From positions 124,001 to 188,000 of the IMG/VR virus record IMGVR_UViG_3300020202_000061: a DNA stretch of 64,000 nt. One strand, 5' to 3'. The notes beneath the pieces were generated by a model that did no database searches, was not told where the DNA came from, and saw only the letters and a program-made list of their open reading frames with translations. The position numbers and the translations under genes are program-made. This document shows positions 17,301 through 26,523 of the stretch, in pieces; the stretch's first letter is position 1; every line of letters starts with the position of its first letter.

Positions 17301-19770
17301 AGGTCAGGGTGGTGCGGTTACGGTTCGTGGTGGTTCACCTACGAGCGGTGCTGGTGGTGGCGTCAATATCCTTGGAAGAAATGCAGTCACTTCTGGTGAT
17401 GGTGGACACATCGTTATTACGGGTGGTGCTGGAGCCGGAGCCCGGAACTCAGGAAATGTTTTCATTACGGGTGGTGTAGGATTTGGCTCTACGACGGGCG
17501 GTCTTATTACGATCACGGCGGGTTCAGGTGGCGCGACCGGAACCGGTGCGACCACAATCTTGCAAGGTGGTCCTGGTGGATCAACATCAGGTTCTGGTGG
17601 CGCGGTTACGGTTCGTGGTGGTTCATCCACGAGTGGTGCGGCGGGTTCTGTCACGGTTATCGGTGGAACTCCTGTTGCGGGTGCTGGTGGTGCAGTCAAC
17701 ATCACCGGCTCGGCCGGTGTAGGTACGAACCAGAACGGTGGCAACATCGTCATCACAGCGGGTGCTGCTACTGGCTCTGGCACTAACGGTATCATCACCC
17801 TGACAGGTACTGAGTCCGCAGTTGTGGTTCCAATCGGAACCAACTCTGCTGAGGCTGTTCTGACCACGAACGGCTCCATCCGTTACGACTCGGGCACAAA
17901 CAAGTTCCGTGGTCGTCAAGCTGGTGCATGGGTCGATATCATTACCGCAGGCGGTGGTGGCAACAACATCTCCGATGCTGATGGCGATACTCGTATCCGC
18001 ACGGAAGCCTCTGCTGACGAAGACATCATCCGATTCGACACCGGAGATACTCCGGCCGGATATGGCTCTGTCACCAATATCATGACTCTTGCGAGTTCAG
18101 GTTGGACCGTCGCCATGGGTACGGCAGACGTGGCCGCCACTGTGGGTGCTCCAATCCGGATCACTGCTGGTACCGGAAACACTTCGGGAGCAGGTGGCGC
18201 GATCTCTTTGATTGCCGGAACCGGTGGTGTCACGGGTGTGGGTGGTAATTTGAATCTGGATGCTGGCGCAGGCGGCACTACGAGCGGTGCTGGTGGCTCA
18301 GTGATCGTACGCGGTGGCACGGTCACCGATGGTAATGGTGGTGGTATTCAAATTCTCGGTCGTGCAGGCATTGGCACAAACCGTAATGGCGGTACAGTTC
18401 TGATTCAGGCTGGTGATTCTACCGGTTCTGGAACCGCAGGTTCGATTACGATTCAGTCTGGAACTAGTGCGGGCTCTGCCGCAGGTGGTTCGTTGACTCT
18501 GAACGCTGGTATTGGTGGTGCGACAGGAACCGGTGGTCAGACCGTCGTTGAAGGTGGCTCTGGTGGAGGCACTTCCGGTAACGGTGGCACGGTTACCGTT
18601 CGTGGTGGAACTGCGTCGGATGGCGATGGTGGTGCGGTTACCGTTCAGGGTCGTAATGGTGTGGGCACAAATCGTGCGGGTGGAAATCTATCGTTGTTCG
18701 GTGGAAATCCAACAGGTACGGGCGCTGCCGGATCAATAACAATCACCGCTGGTAGCTTACAGGGTGCGGGCACAGCAGGCACTGTGTCCATCGCAGGTGG
18801 TGCAGGTAACTCAGGCACGACTGGTGGTGTTGTCACGCTGACCGGTGGTAGTGGTGGCTCGACCGGTACAGGTGCAGCGGTTACTCTTCGGGGTGGTCCT
18901 GGTGGATCGACCACAGGCGCTGGTGGGGTGATCACCGTTCAAGGTGGTCTTCCGGTGGATGGAAATGGTGGTGGTGTCAGCATCACCGGTCGCAATGGTG
19001 TGGGCACGAACCGCAACGGTGGATCGGTTACGATCACCGCTGGAAGCCCAACCGGATCAGGCACAACCGGCATCATCACTCTGTCTGGTTCTGAATCCAC
19101 CGTTGTAGTTCCGATTGGAACGAACGGTGCAGAAGCCTCTCTGACTACAAACGGTTCGATTCGCTACGACAGCGGTACGAACAAGTTCCGTGTCCGCGAG
19201 GGCGGTACCTGGAAGGACATGGTGTCCGGTGGTGGTGCGGGAACTCCGTACATCGATGATGATGGAACGAGTCCGGTTGATCTACCGAGCGCAACTGGAT
19301 CGAAAGCCTTGGCTATCGGTGATGGTGCGGTAGCCGGGACAGCCGGACAGTTTGCATTCGCCAACGGCAAATTCACTACAGCAGGTGATTGCAAGGTCAG
19401 CATGTACATTTTGCGTGCTCAGACGACCAATGCAACACAAACCGAAATGACCGCTCCTGCACGCCTCGTTTTGGCGAACGATTCGACATGGGCATTCGAA
19501 GCGAAGATCGTTGGTCGTCGCACGGATGTGGATGGTGAATACTACATGGAAGAATTCATTGGAGTAATCTTACGTAATACAAACGCCGCTTCTACAAGTA
19601 TTCCGCAGGCACTTTCAGCAAATAAATACGCCGATAGTAGCAGTGCTGCTTGGAGTGTCGCCGTGGATGCAGATACGACCAACGGATCACTGCGCATCCA
19701 AGTCACCGGACAGGCTGCAAAGACCATCAACTGGGTTGCGTTTGTTCAAGCAATTGAAGTGATCGGATAA
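14380..19770 (+). CDS. Giant Gly-rich virion fibre protein 2 (paralog of 1)
   Basis: 1796 aa; same repeat modules and shared C-terminal DTTNGSLRIQVTG..EVIG domain. Confidence 0.8.
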   Translation: MTININHQTETITSNTIITFGDSNAIILPTGNTAAQPSTDGAIRYNSQTSKLEGREGGVWGNLISASSTPILIRDADADTRVRVEASADEDIIRFDTGDTPAGYGAVANIMTLASSGWTVAMGTADVAATNGAQISLTAGHGNTSGGGGFLILQAGDGGSTGSGGSASLQGGTGGATSGAGGDVTVRGGNSADGNGGSVQVSGRNAAGTNRTGGSVSIFGGNATGTGAGGNVTISGGALAGVGSGGLISITGGVGSGSTSGGSVTITAGSGGISGLGATTIVQGGPGGTTSGAGGVLTLRGGSATDGSGGAVSLIGRDGTGTNRAGGNASISAGNATGTGNAGQVIITGGALAGAGTPGDVNITGGAGQGANVGGNVNITGGNGGATAIGANVVVDAGPGGSTTGSGGTLFLRGGSATDGNGGSITVQGRDGTGTNRDGGNVTIQAGNFTGSGARGIITLTGTDTAVVLPVGTAGAEASLTTNGMLRYDSGTGKFRARQAGTWVDVISAGSTPAFIVDTDGDTRVHTEASADEDIIRFNVGDSPVGYGAVANIMTLASSGWTVAMGTADTAATAGAPISITGGTGNTSGAGGNTSLRAGQGGASGIGGSLFLTGGAGGATGAGGEIIVEAGPGGTTSGNGGVLTLRGGNPTDGNGGGVTISGRTGQGTNRAGGGITLTGGTSSGSGTAGAISITAGFGGTGAGGTVTITGGTAGTGNVGGAVTISGGTGQGAGAGGATIIQGGAAGATGAGGLITVRGGTATDGNGGGVVVEGRPGVGTNRNGGQVNITGGNPTGTGNAGIISIVGGALQGVGAPGTVSITGGAGNGSTGGGSVDIIGGSGGTTGIGANVTITAGPGGSTSGAGGIASLRGGLPVDGNGGDVQVLGRNAVGTNRNGGNVTITSGNATGTGSGGAISITGGALAGAGIANDVSITGGAGSGATTGGGITITAGSGGSTGAGADITIQGGPGGSTSGQGGAVTVRGGSPTSGAGGGVNILGRNAVTSGDGGHIVITGGAGAGARNSGNVFITGGVGFGSTTGGLITITAGSGGATGTGATTILQGGPGGSTSGSGGAVTVRGGSSTSGAAGSVTVIGGTPVAGAGGAVNITGSAGVGTNQNGGNIVITAGAATGSGTNGIITLTGTESAVVVPIGTNSAEAVLTTNGSIRYDSGTNKFRGRQAGAWVDIITAGGGGNNISDADGDTRIRTEASADEDIIRFDTGDTPAGYGSVTNIMTLASSGWTVAMGTADVAATVGAPIRITAGTGNTSGAGGAISLIAGTGGVTGVGGNLNLDAGAGGTTSGAGGSVIVRGGTVTDGNGGGIQILGRAGIGTNRNGGTVLIQAGDSTGSGTAGSITIQSGTSAGSAAGGSLTLNAGIGGATGTGGQTVVEGGSGGGTSGNGGTVTVRGGTASDGDGGAVTVQGRNGVGTNRAGGNLSLFGGNPTGTGAAGSITITAGSLQGAGTAGTVSIAGGAGNSGTTGGVVTLTGGSGGSTGTGAAVTLRGGPGGSTTGAGGVITVQGGLPVDGNGGGVSITGRNGVGTNRNGGSVTITAGSPTGSGTTGIITLSGSESTVVVPIGTNGAEASLTTNGSIRYDSGTNKFRVREGGTWKDMVSGGGAGTPYIDDDGTSPVDLPSATGSKALAIGDGAVAGTAGQFAFANGKFTTAGDCKVSMYILRAQTTNATQTEMTAPARLVLANDSTWAFEAKIVGRRTDVDGEYYMEEFIGVILRNTNAASTSIPQALSANKYADSSSAAWSVAVDADTTNGSLRIQVTGQAAKTINWVAFVQAIEVIG

Positions 19771-19790
19771 TAATAGAGGGTATTTGATAG

Positions 19791-21923
19791 ATGTCTATCA
19801 GAGTAGATTCAGTCACTAATACGTTAACTGCGGTTAACCAGACTATTGGCAGCATTAATGGAGGAAACATCACTCTGCGTGGTGGAAACGCTACTAGCAC
19901 AGGCACTCCCGGAGCACTCACACTTACTGCGGGTACGGCTGTGGACGCAAATGGTGGCGTGGTTAGCATCACCGCGTCGGCAGGTGTAGGCACCAATCGA
20001 AACGGTGGAGCAATCTCGTTCACCGCTGGTGCTGCTACGGGTTCGGGCACTGGTGGCAATATCACCTTCACTGCGGGAAATGTCGGATCGAGTGGTGTTG
20101 GTGGTGTTATCACCGTGACTGGTGGTGCAGGAAATGGCGCGATCAGTGGGGGTGCTGTCACATTTATTGGTGGCTCGGGTACGGGAACCGGTGCTGGTGG
20201 TCCTGTTGAGATTCGTGGAGGTCCAGGAGGAGCAACCAGTGGTGATGGTGGTAGTGTTCTACTATTCGGTGGCATTCCTGTGAATGGTGCTGGTGGCTCA
20301 ATCTTTCTCACTGGAGAAGATGGTGTTGGAACAAATCAGGGTGGTGGTGGAGTCACCATCCAGGGTGGCTCGGGTACGGGAAGCGGTGCTGGTGGTAGTA
20401 TTAACTTCATTTTGGGTGGGGGGGGTACTTCTGGTGCTCCTGGTACGTTCCAAATTCTTGGCGGTACTGGTGGGCGGACTGGTGGTGCGGTCAACATCAG
20501 TGCGGGTCCGGGTTCTACTACTGGTGCTGGTGGGTCGATCACAATCACATCGGGTGCTGGTGGGTCAACCTCGGGCAACGCAGGCAGTGTAAGTGTTCTG
20601 GGTGGAACAGCCACCAATGGCAATGGTGGTGCAGTCACCATTCAAGGTCGTGCTGGTACAGGAACGAATCGTGCTGGTGGCAATGTTTCGATTACAGCAG
20701 GTAATGCCACAGGTACAGGAGCGGCCGGATCGATCACCATTCAAGGCGGTGCACTTGGAGGTGCAGGTACTACTGAGGGTGATGTGATCATCACTGCTGG
20801 TGCAGGAAACGGGTCTACGCAGGGTGGTATTGTCGAGATTATCGGTGGTTCGGGTGGATCAACGGGTGTTGGCGCATCTGTGACGGTTCGAGGTGGCCCA
20901 GGTGGTTTGTCCTCTGGTGCTGGTGGAGGGGTCAGTATTATCGGTGGTACACCAGTTTCGGGCGTGGGTGGTAACGTCAGTATTGTTGGGTCGAATGGAG
21001 TCGGAACCAATCAAAACGGTGGAAATGTGGTTCTTACAACTGGTGTAGGAACTGGAACCGGTGTTGGTACTGGAATCATTGATTGTAATAGTCTTACGGC
21101 ATTAACGCTCCCATCAGGGACGAGTGCTCAACGTCCATCTTCACCAGTAGATGGCATGATTCGTTACAACACCAGTTCAAGTGTTGTGGAAGTGTACGAG
21201 GAGAATAATTGGGTATCAGTAGCCGCTCCTTTTAACCTCATGCGCGGACGGGCTCTTTTGTTTGATGACTTCATCGGAACTCCAACAGGAACCGGTGGTG
21301 TCGTATTTCCAGGAAGTTCATTTGGTGGAAGCGTAACTGGAACCGGTGCCGCGTTTACTGCGGTTGCGGCAAACGCGACCAATCAGTGTGGTCTTCTTCA
21401 GATGTCCACTGGCACGACTACCACGGGTCGCGCTTCATTCATGGCTTCGCCAAATATTATCGCTTTCGGTGGTGGTAAGTGGGTGCTGGAAGCGAGGATA
21501 TCGATTTCGAACCTCTCGGATGCGACCAACGAGTATGATTTTCACATTGGATTCATCGATAGTTTGACGGTGGCTCCGAGCGGTGCGGCGCAGGATGTGA
21601 TCTGCTTCACCTACGACCGCAATGTTTCGACGAACTGGATTAGACGTACCGCGAGCAACGGCACAAACACGGCCACCGCGAGCGGTACGGCTGTTGCCAC
21701 CGGATTTCAGACGCTTCGTATTGAAGTAAATGTAGGTGGTACTATCGCTGAATTCTTTGTGAACGGGGTTTCTATCGGTTCTAATAATACGAACGTCCCC
21801 ACCGGAACAGCGCGAGCGACCAGTGTTGGTGCTTTCCTGATCAAGTCAGCCAGTACCACCGCCAGAACTGTTCTAATCGATTATATGAACGTGTCTTCAG
21901 ATTTTACTACAGCCAGGGGCTAA
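19791..21923 (+). CDS. Gly-rich fibre protein 3 with C-terminal beta-sandwich (lectin-like) domain
   Basis: Same repeats; C-terminal FDDF...F.VNG...IDY pattern. Confidence 0.7.
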   Translation: MSIRVDSVTNTLTAVNQTIGSINGGNITLRGGNATSTGTPGALTLTAGTAVDANGGVVSITASAGVGTNRNGGAISFTAGAATGSGTGGNITFTAGNVGSSGVGGVITVTGGAGNGAISGGAVTFIGGSGTGTGAGGPVEIRGGPGGATSGDGGSVLLFGGIPVNGAGGSIFLTGEDGVGTNQGGGGVTIQGGSGTGSGAGGSINFILGGGGTSGAPGTFQILGGTGGRTGGAVNISAGPGSTTGAGGSITITSGAGGSTSGNAGSVSVLGGTATNGNGGAVTIQGRAGTGTNRAGGNVSITAGNATGTGAAGSITIQGGALGGAGTTEGDVIITAGAGNGSTQGGIVEIIGGSGGSTGVGASVTVRGGPGGLSSGAGGGVSIIGGTPVSGVGGNVSIVGSNGVGTNQNGGNVVLTTGVGTGTGVGTGIIDCNSLTALTLPSGTSAQRPSSPVDGMIRYNTSSSVVEVYEENNWVSVAAPFNLMRGRALLFDDFIGTPTGTGGVVFPGSSFGGSVTGTGAAFTAVAANATNQCGLLQMSTGTTTTGRASFMASPNIIAFGGGKWVLEARISISNLSDATNEYDFHIGFIDSLTVAPSGAAQDVICFTYDRNVSTNWIRRTASNGTNTATASGTAVATGFQTLRIEVNVGGTIAEFFVNGVSIGSNNTNVPTGTARATSVGAFLIKSASTTARTVLIDYMNVSSDFTTARG

Positions 21924-21937
21924 GGATAAACTGATAA

Positions 21938-24052
21938 ATGGCGATTAAGTTTGATCATATTCAGGGGATAGTTCAGGGACTCGATGGTCACGCCGGGTCC
22001 ACTTCTGGTGCGAATTTGACCCTCAAGGGTGGGAATGCGACGAGCACTGGAACAGTCGGAACTTTGACGTTGGAGTCCGGAACTCCCAATGATGAAAACG
22101 GTGGGTCCATCGCGGTAAGCTCAACCTCTGGTGTTGGAACGAATCGTTCCGGTGGTAACCTCACGATCACCGCTGGTAATCCCACCGGGTCTGGTACGGG
22201 TGGTACAATCTCGATTACCGCCGGTCAGGCCGGGTCATCCGGGACCGCAGGTAATATCACATTTCAGGTTGGGACCCTCGTTGATTCCGCACAGGTTCCG
22301 AAGGCATTCATCAGGGGTGGCTCGGGAGGAACTACGGGAATCGGAGCAGATACAATTCTCCGAGGTGGTCCTGGAGGAGCAACCAGTGGTGCTGGTGGAA
22401 ATGTCACCTTGATAGGTGGAATTCCTGTGAGTGGTTTTGGTGGTTCGGTTCAAGCTAACGCAGCTAATGGTGTTTCCAATAGTGCCGGAGGTAACATCAC
22501 CATTGAAACAGGAAATTCAACCGGGACCGGAGTTGCCGGAGGAGTCCTTTTAGTTGGCGGAGACTCTCCTACCGGTACGGGTGGGGGCGTTACTTTGCAA
22601 GCGATTTTCACAAACTCAGGTGGCACATTTACGATTACAGCGGGAACTCCCGCATCGACGACTGGAACCGGTGGAAATATTTTCATCTCGGGTGGTGAAG
22701 GCGGATCGACCTCAGGTAATGGTGGTGCGATTACTGTCCAAGGTGGTACGGCGACCAATGGTAATGGTGGTGATGTTTCTGTTACTGGAGGAAATGGAAT
22801 CGGGACTAATCGTTCAGGTGGTGAAATCACTATAGATGCAGGTGATGCTACCGGAACCGGTGCTGCTGGGCGCGTCCTTATTACCGCTGGAAACAAGGGA
22901 GGTGCCGGAACTGGTGGCTCTGTGACTATCAATGGTGGGGCAGGCAATGGCGCGACAAACGGAGGCGTTGTTACGATTACTGGAGGTACGAATACCTCCA
23001 GTACTTCTACTGCTACCGTGATCATCAGAGGAGGTCCTGGTGGCACGTCCTCGGGTGCCGCAGGTAGTGTTACCATTACTGGTGGAACTCCAGTCTCTGG
23101 TGCAGGTGGTAATGTCAATCTCACAGCCTCTGATGGGGTTGGAACTAATCAGTTTGGTGGTAATATTTTTATAGCCAATGGTAGCGCAACCGGTACAGGA
23201 ATCTCTGGTGTGATTACCTGTAATAGCCTTACCGCGATTAAGATGCCATCTGGGACATCTGCTCAACGTCCGAATACTGTAGTCTTGGAGGATGCTCAAG
23301 TTCGATATAATACGACTCCAAACTCGCTCCAGTATTATGACAGTACAAACAGAGAATTTTGGTACACGGTTGGTCATCCTGCCCGGAGTATGCGTGTAAC
23401 ATCGTGGATTGCGGAAGAGTTTAACGGACTGATCGTAACCGCGAACACTGCTCCATCAGATTCACAACTCACACCAGCTATCACCGGTAATGGAACAATT
23501 ACAAATCTCGCTTCGGATGGGACTAACCAATGCGGGGTAGTTAGATTTGCTGGAATCGCAGGTGCAGGAACAGGAGGATCGGCCCGACTCTCAACACCCA
23601 TTAATTTACTTATGTTTGGGGATGGTATTTGGATACTGGAAGCATCTCTAAGAATGGATACTGGTGGAGATAATGAGACTAATTTTGCCTTTGGTTTTTC
23701 TGATAACACTAATCCTTTTGGTGCTAATAATGGAGCGTATTTCGTTAAATCGGTTTCAAGTCCCAATCTTTTTGCTCAAAATGAAAGTGGTGGTGTGACA
23801 CGGAGCACTAATGTAGGTGTGGTGGGCGATATTGCTTCCTTTACGAGATTAACGATTATTGTTAATGTTGATGCATCATCCGTTTCATACTATCGTAACG
23901 GCATATTATTGACCTCTATTGCTACGAATATTCCGACCGATCCTGTTGGAGTTACTGTACATTTTACTGCTAACAATACGGGTCTGGCAACAGAGCGTAC
24001 TTTTGACATTGATTATCTCTCTTTGACCTCGTATTTCACTACTCTCAGGTAA
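21938..24052 (+). CDS. Gly-rich fibre protein 4 (paralog of 3)
   Basis: Same architecture; divergent, more AT-rich C-terminal domain. Confidence 0.7.
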   Translation: MAIKFDHIQGIVQGLDGHAGSTSGANLTLKGGNATSTGTVGTLTLESGTPNDENGGSIAVSSTSGVGTNRSGGNLTITAGNPTGSGTGGTISITAGQAGSSGTAGNITFQVGTLVDSAQVPKAFIRGGSGGTTGIGADTILRGGPGGATSGAGGNVTLIGGIPVSGFGGSVQANAANGVSNSAGGNITIETGNSTGTGVAGGVLLVGGDSPTGTGGGVTLQAIFTNSGGTFTITAGTPASTTGTGGNIFISGGEGGSTSGNGGAITVQGGTATNGNGGDVSVTGGNGIGTNRSGGEITIDAGDATGTGAAGRVLITAGNKGGAGTGGSVTINGGAGNGATNGGVVTITGGTNTSSTSTATVIIRGGPGGTSSGAAGSVTITGGTPVSGAGGNVNLTASDGVGTNQFGGNIFIANGSATGTGISGVITCNSLTAIKMPSGTSAQRPNTVVLEDAQVRYNTTPNSLQYYDSTNREFWYTVGHPARSMRVTSWIAEEFNGLIVTANTAPSDSQLTPAITGNGTITNLASDGTNQCGVVRFAGIAGAGTGGSARLSTPINLLMFGDGIWILEASLRMDTGGDNETNFAFGFSDNTNPFGANNGAYFVKSVSSPNLFAQNESGGVTRSTNVGVVGDIASFTRLTIIVNVDASSVSYYRNGILLTSIATNIPTDPVGVTVHFTANNTGLATERTFDIDYLSLTSYFTTLR

Positions 24053-24127
24053 AACTTGAAACCCCAAAGATTCCCCACCATATGAGAGACGCTCGGGATT
24101 CCGGGCGTTTTTCAGTTGGGGGAATAG

Positions 24128-24643
24128 TTGTTGAAATGGTGGCGAGGGCTCGCCGCGATCCTGCGATTTTTGGATCAGGTGACACCGTGGGAGTTCGTCC
24201 GTGTCATTAAGGATCGCGAGACGAACGATGATTATCTGGTTCGACATTATGTGTTCAACACGAGATGGCTGGCGGAGCATTTGGCTCGCCATATCCACCC
24301 GTGGTTCCATAAACTCTCCTACAGGGTGACCCTACATCGTACGTTGCGCTCGGATTTTGACGCCGCCCTCCATGATCATCCATGGAATTGGGGTTCGCGA
24401 ATCCTTGAAGGCGGCTATCTCGAACATACTCCGGAGGGAGTGTTCTGGCGTGATCCCCAACAGGGCTGGCGCTGGCGTAAGGCTGAGGATTTCCATCGAT
24501 TGGAACTCGCGCCCGACATCAACCCGGATCAGACCTGGAGCCTGTTCGTGATGGGTCCGCGCCGCAAGGACTGGGGATTTTTGAGTCCGACTGGGTGGGT
24601 TCAGTGGGAAACCTACTTGAATTCTCGGAAACTCCCTGGCTAA
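24128..24643 (+). CDS. Cupin-fold protein
   Basis: LHDHPW...IL.GGY.E...FHRLEL...W.LFVMGP...WGF motif. Confidence 0.65.
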   Translation: MLKWWRGLAAILRFLDQVTPWEFVRVIKDRETNDDYLVRHYVFNTRWLAEHLARHIHPWFHKLSYRVTLHRTLRSDFDAALHDHPWNWGSRILEGGYLEHTPEGVFWRDPQQGWRWRKAEDFHRLELAPDINPDQTWSLFVMGPRRKDWGFLSPTGWVQWETYLNSRKLPG

Positions 24644-24651
24644 ATATCTGA

Positions 24652-25023
24652 ATGAACCAGACTTTACTTCGAGACCTATTGGACCTGCGTATGGCGATGC
24701 TGGCTGCGGCCCAACCAGATACGGCATACGACCTCAATCAATATGAGCAGCGCAAGGAGAAATCGAACCTTGCAGGGCATTGTGCAGCCGTAGCTCATGT
24801 GGTACAGCAGCAGTTTGGTGGAGATATTATTGCGGGACAAGTTCAGGGCGAACTTCACTATTGGAATCGTCTTCCGGATGGATTAGAGGTGGATTTGAGT
24901 TCGGACCAGTTTGGTGGGGATGGATTGAATCCGTTGGTCACCGGTCGCCGTGTACCAACCAGAAAGACCGTGAATCCACGATTCGTCAAGTTTGCCCATC
25001 GAGTTGGCGAACATAAAGGTTGA
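24652..25023 (+). CDS. YunG-like protein
   Basis: GHC..VA.VVQ..FGG.I...HYWNRL.DG.EVDL..QF. Confidence 0.65.
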   Translation: MNQTLLRDLLDLRMAMLAAAQPDTAYDLNQYEQRKEKSNLAGHCAAVAHVVQQQFGGDIIAGQVQGELHYWNRLPDGLEVDLSSDQFGGDGLNPLVTGRRVPTRKTVNPRFVKFAHRVGEHKG

Positions 25024-25077
25024 CAACCTCGTAAAATTCTTGATATCCTTGGGTATTACCAACGAAGGGGGTACCCG

Positions 25078-26523
25078 GTGTCAAAGACCCAGGATATCGA
25101 CGAGAAAACCAAGAAAGAGCGGGAAAAGTTTACCGGGCTGGATTGGGCCTGCATTCCTAGCACCTTGGTACCGCTGCTCGAATATCTGCTCGGTGAACAG
25201 AAGCGGGATGGGAGTTGGAAGCCCGCAGCGAACGTGATGATTTGGGGCGCTCCTGGCATCGGCAAGACCGACATCGTTCGACAGACCGCTCGCTCCTGGG
25301 GCTATTCTACGGTGGCTCTCCATCTGCCCCAGTACGATCCCACTGACATCAAGGGTATCGCCGTCCGTATGGAGGATGGCTCGGTTCGGTGGATGAACAC
25401 CAGTTACCTGCCACAGCAGGTGGTGAAGCGGGTCATCGAGGATACCAAGTCGGTCGGTGTGGATTTCAAGGTGGTCAATCCGGACCGCGATCTGTGGGTG
25501 CGTCTGGTCGATGCCAAGGGGCGCACGGTCCACGCCTGGAACAACGACAAGCGATATCCCGGACTCCGTATGGATGGGGTCCAGATGACCATGACTGAGC
25601 GCACCACCGACGAACACGACCATTTCAAGCTGTTCACGGTGACCTCGAAGTCCTCTCTCAAAGGCTATCGGATCGAAGTGATCGAGAAGGTCATTCTGTT
25701 CCTGGATGAGTTGTCGGCGGCCGATCCGGGCACACAGAACGCTGCACTCCAACTTGTCTTGGATCGCCGTGTCAACGAGTATGACGTGCCCGAGGGTGTG
25801 CCCATCGTGGCCGCAGGCAATCGTGAGAGCGACGGCGCGTTTGTCCAGCAGATGAGCTTGCCCTTGGCGAACCGCTTCTGCCATATCAAGCTGATGCCCT
25901 CGGTGGACGATTTCGTCTCTTACGCGCTCAAGATTGGTTGCCATCCGGATATCGTCTCCCATCTGTATGACTCCGGTAGCAACTCCCTGCTCAAGGTGGA
26001 CGCTGACGCTCTGGCTGACGGCAACATGGGGTTCCCAAGCCCGCGCATCTGGATCAAGTTCTCTGAGCAGTATGACGATGCGCTCCCCGATGATATGATC
26101 AATCGGATGGCTGTGGGGTTCGTCGGCGTCCTGGAAGCGGCGAATTTCTCGATCTTCCGGAAAGTCAGCACGAAGCTGCCCAGCACCGAGGCGATCCTTC
26201 GGGGTCAGGACGTGTCCGACAAGATGCACGGCTTGGATCGGGTCGCTTACAACAACTTGGTCATGCGCTTGCTGTCCAAGCTCAAGGACTACCACACCAA
26301 TTACTACAAACCGGGTGTCCATGAGAATGATCAGGTCCAGGAGTGGCAGACCGCCGTCAACTCGGCGTTCACATTTATTCCGAAATTCCTCGGAGCCGAG
26401 ATCAGCGCATTCGTGGCGTTCCTCATTCCCGGCCTTATCCCGATGGAACATCTGCGCAGCGATGCGTTCGAGAAGTTCTGCAATAAGTACGTGGACATGT
26501 ATCAGAGGGTGAACCGGTTTTGA
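25078..26523 (+). CDS. MoxR-type AAA+ ATPase
   Basis: Walker A GAPGIGKT, Walker B ILFLDE, AAGNR sensor, LANRF arginine finger, SPR.W. Confidence 0.9.
   Translation: MSKTQDIDEKTKKEREKFTGLDWACIPSTLVPLLEYLLGEQKRDGSWKPAANVMIWGAPGIGKTDIVRQTARSWGYSTVALHLPQYDPTDIKGIAVRMEDGSVRWMNTSYLPQQVVKRVIEDTKSVGVDFKVVNPDRDLWVRLVDAKGRTVHAWNNDKRYPGLRMDGVQMTMTERTTDEHDHFKLFTVTSKSSLKGYRIEVIEKVILFLDELSAADPGTQNAALQLVLDRRVNEYDVPEGVPIVAAGNRESDGAFVQQMSLPLANRFCHIKLMPSVDDFVSYALKIGCHPDIVSHLYDSGSNSLLKVDADALADGNMGFPSPRIWIKFSEQYDDALPDDMINRMAVGFVGVLEAANFSIFRKVSTKLPSTEAILRGQDVSDKMHGLDRVAYNNLVMRLLSKLKDYHTNYYKPGVHENDQVQEWQTAVNSAFTFIPKFLGAEISAFVAFLIPGLIPMEHLRSDAFEKFCNKYVDMYQRVNRF

Noticed and set aside
10043-23766. Many Pro-rich reverse ORFs and Val-rich alternative-frame ORFs
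   Set aside because: Artefacts of GGT/GGC repeats in the Gly-rich fibre genes
9657-24052. Diversity-generating retroelement acting on fibre tips
   Set aside because: No reverse transcriptase in the window and no template/variable repeat pair differing only at adenines was seen
25420-25690. Intein in the AAA+ ATPase
   Set aside because: No Cys/Ser start, His-Asn end or Hint block motifs
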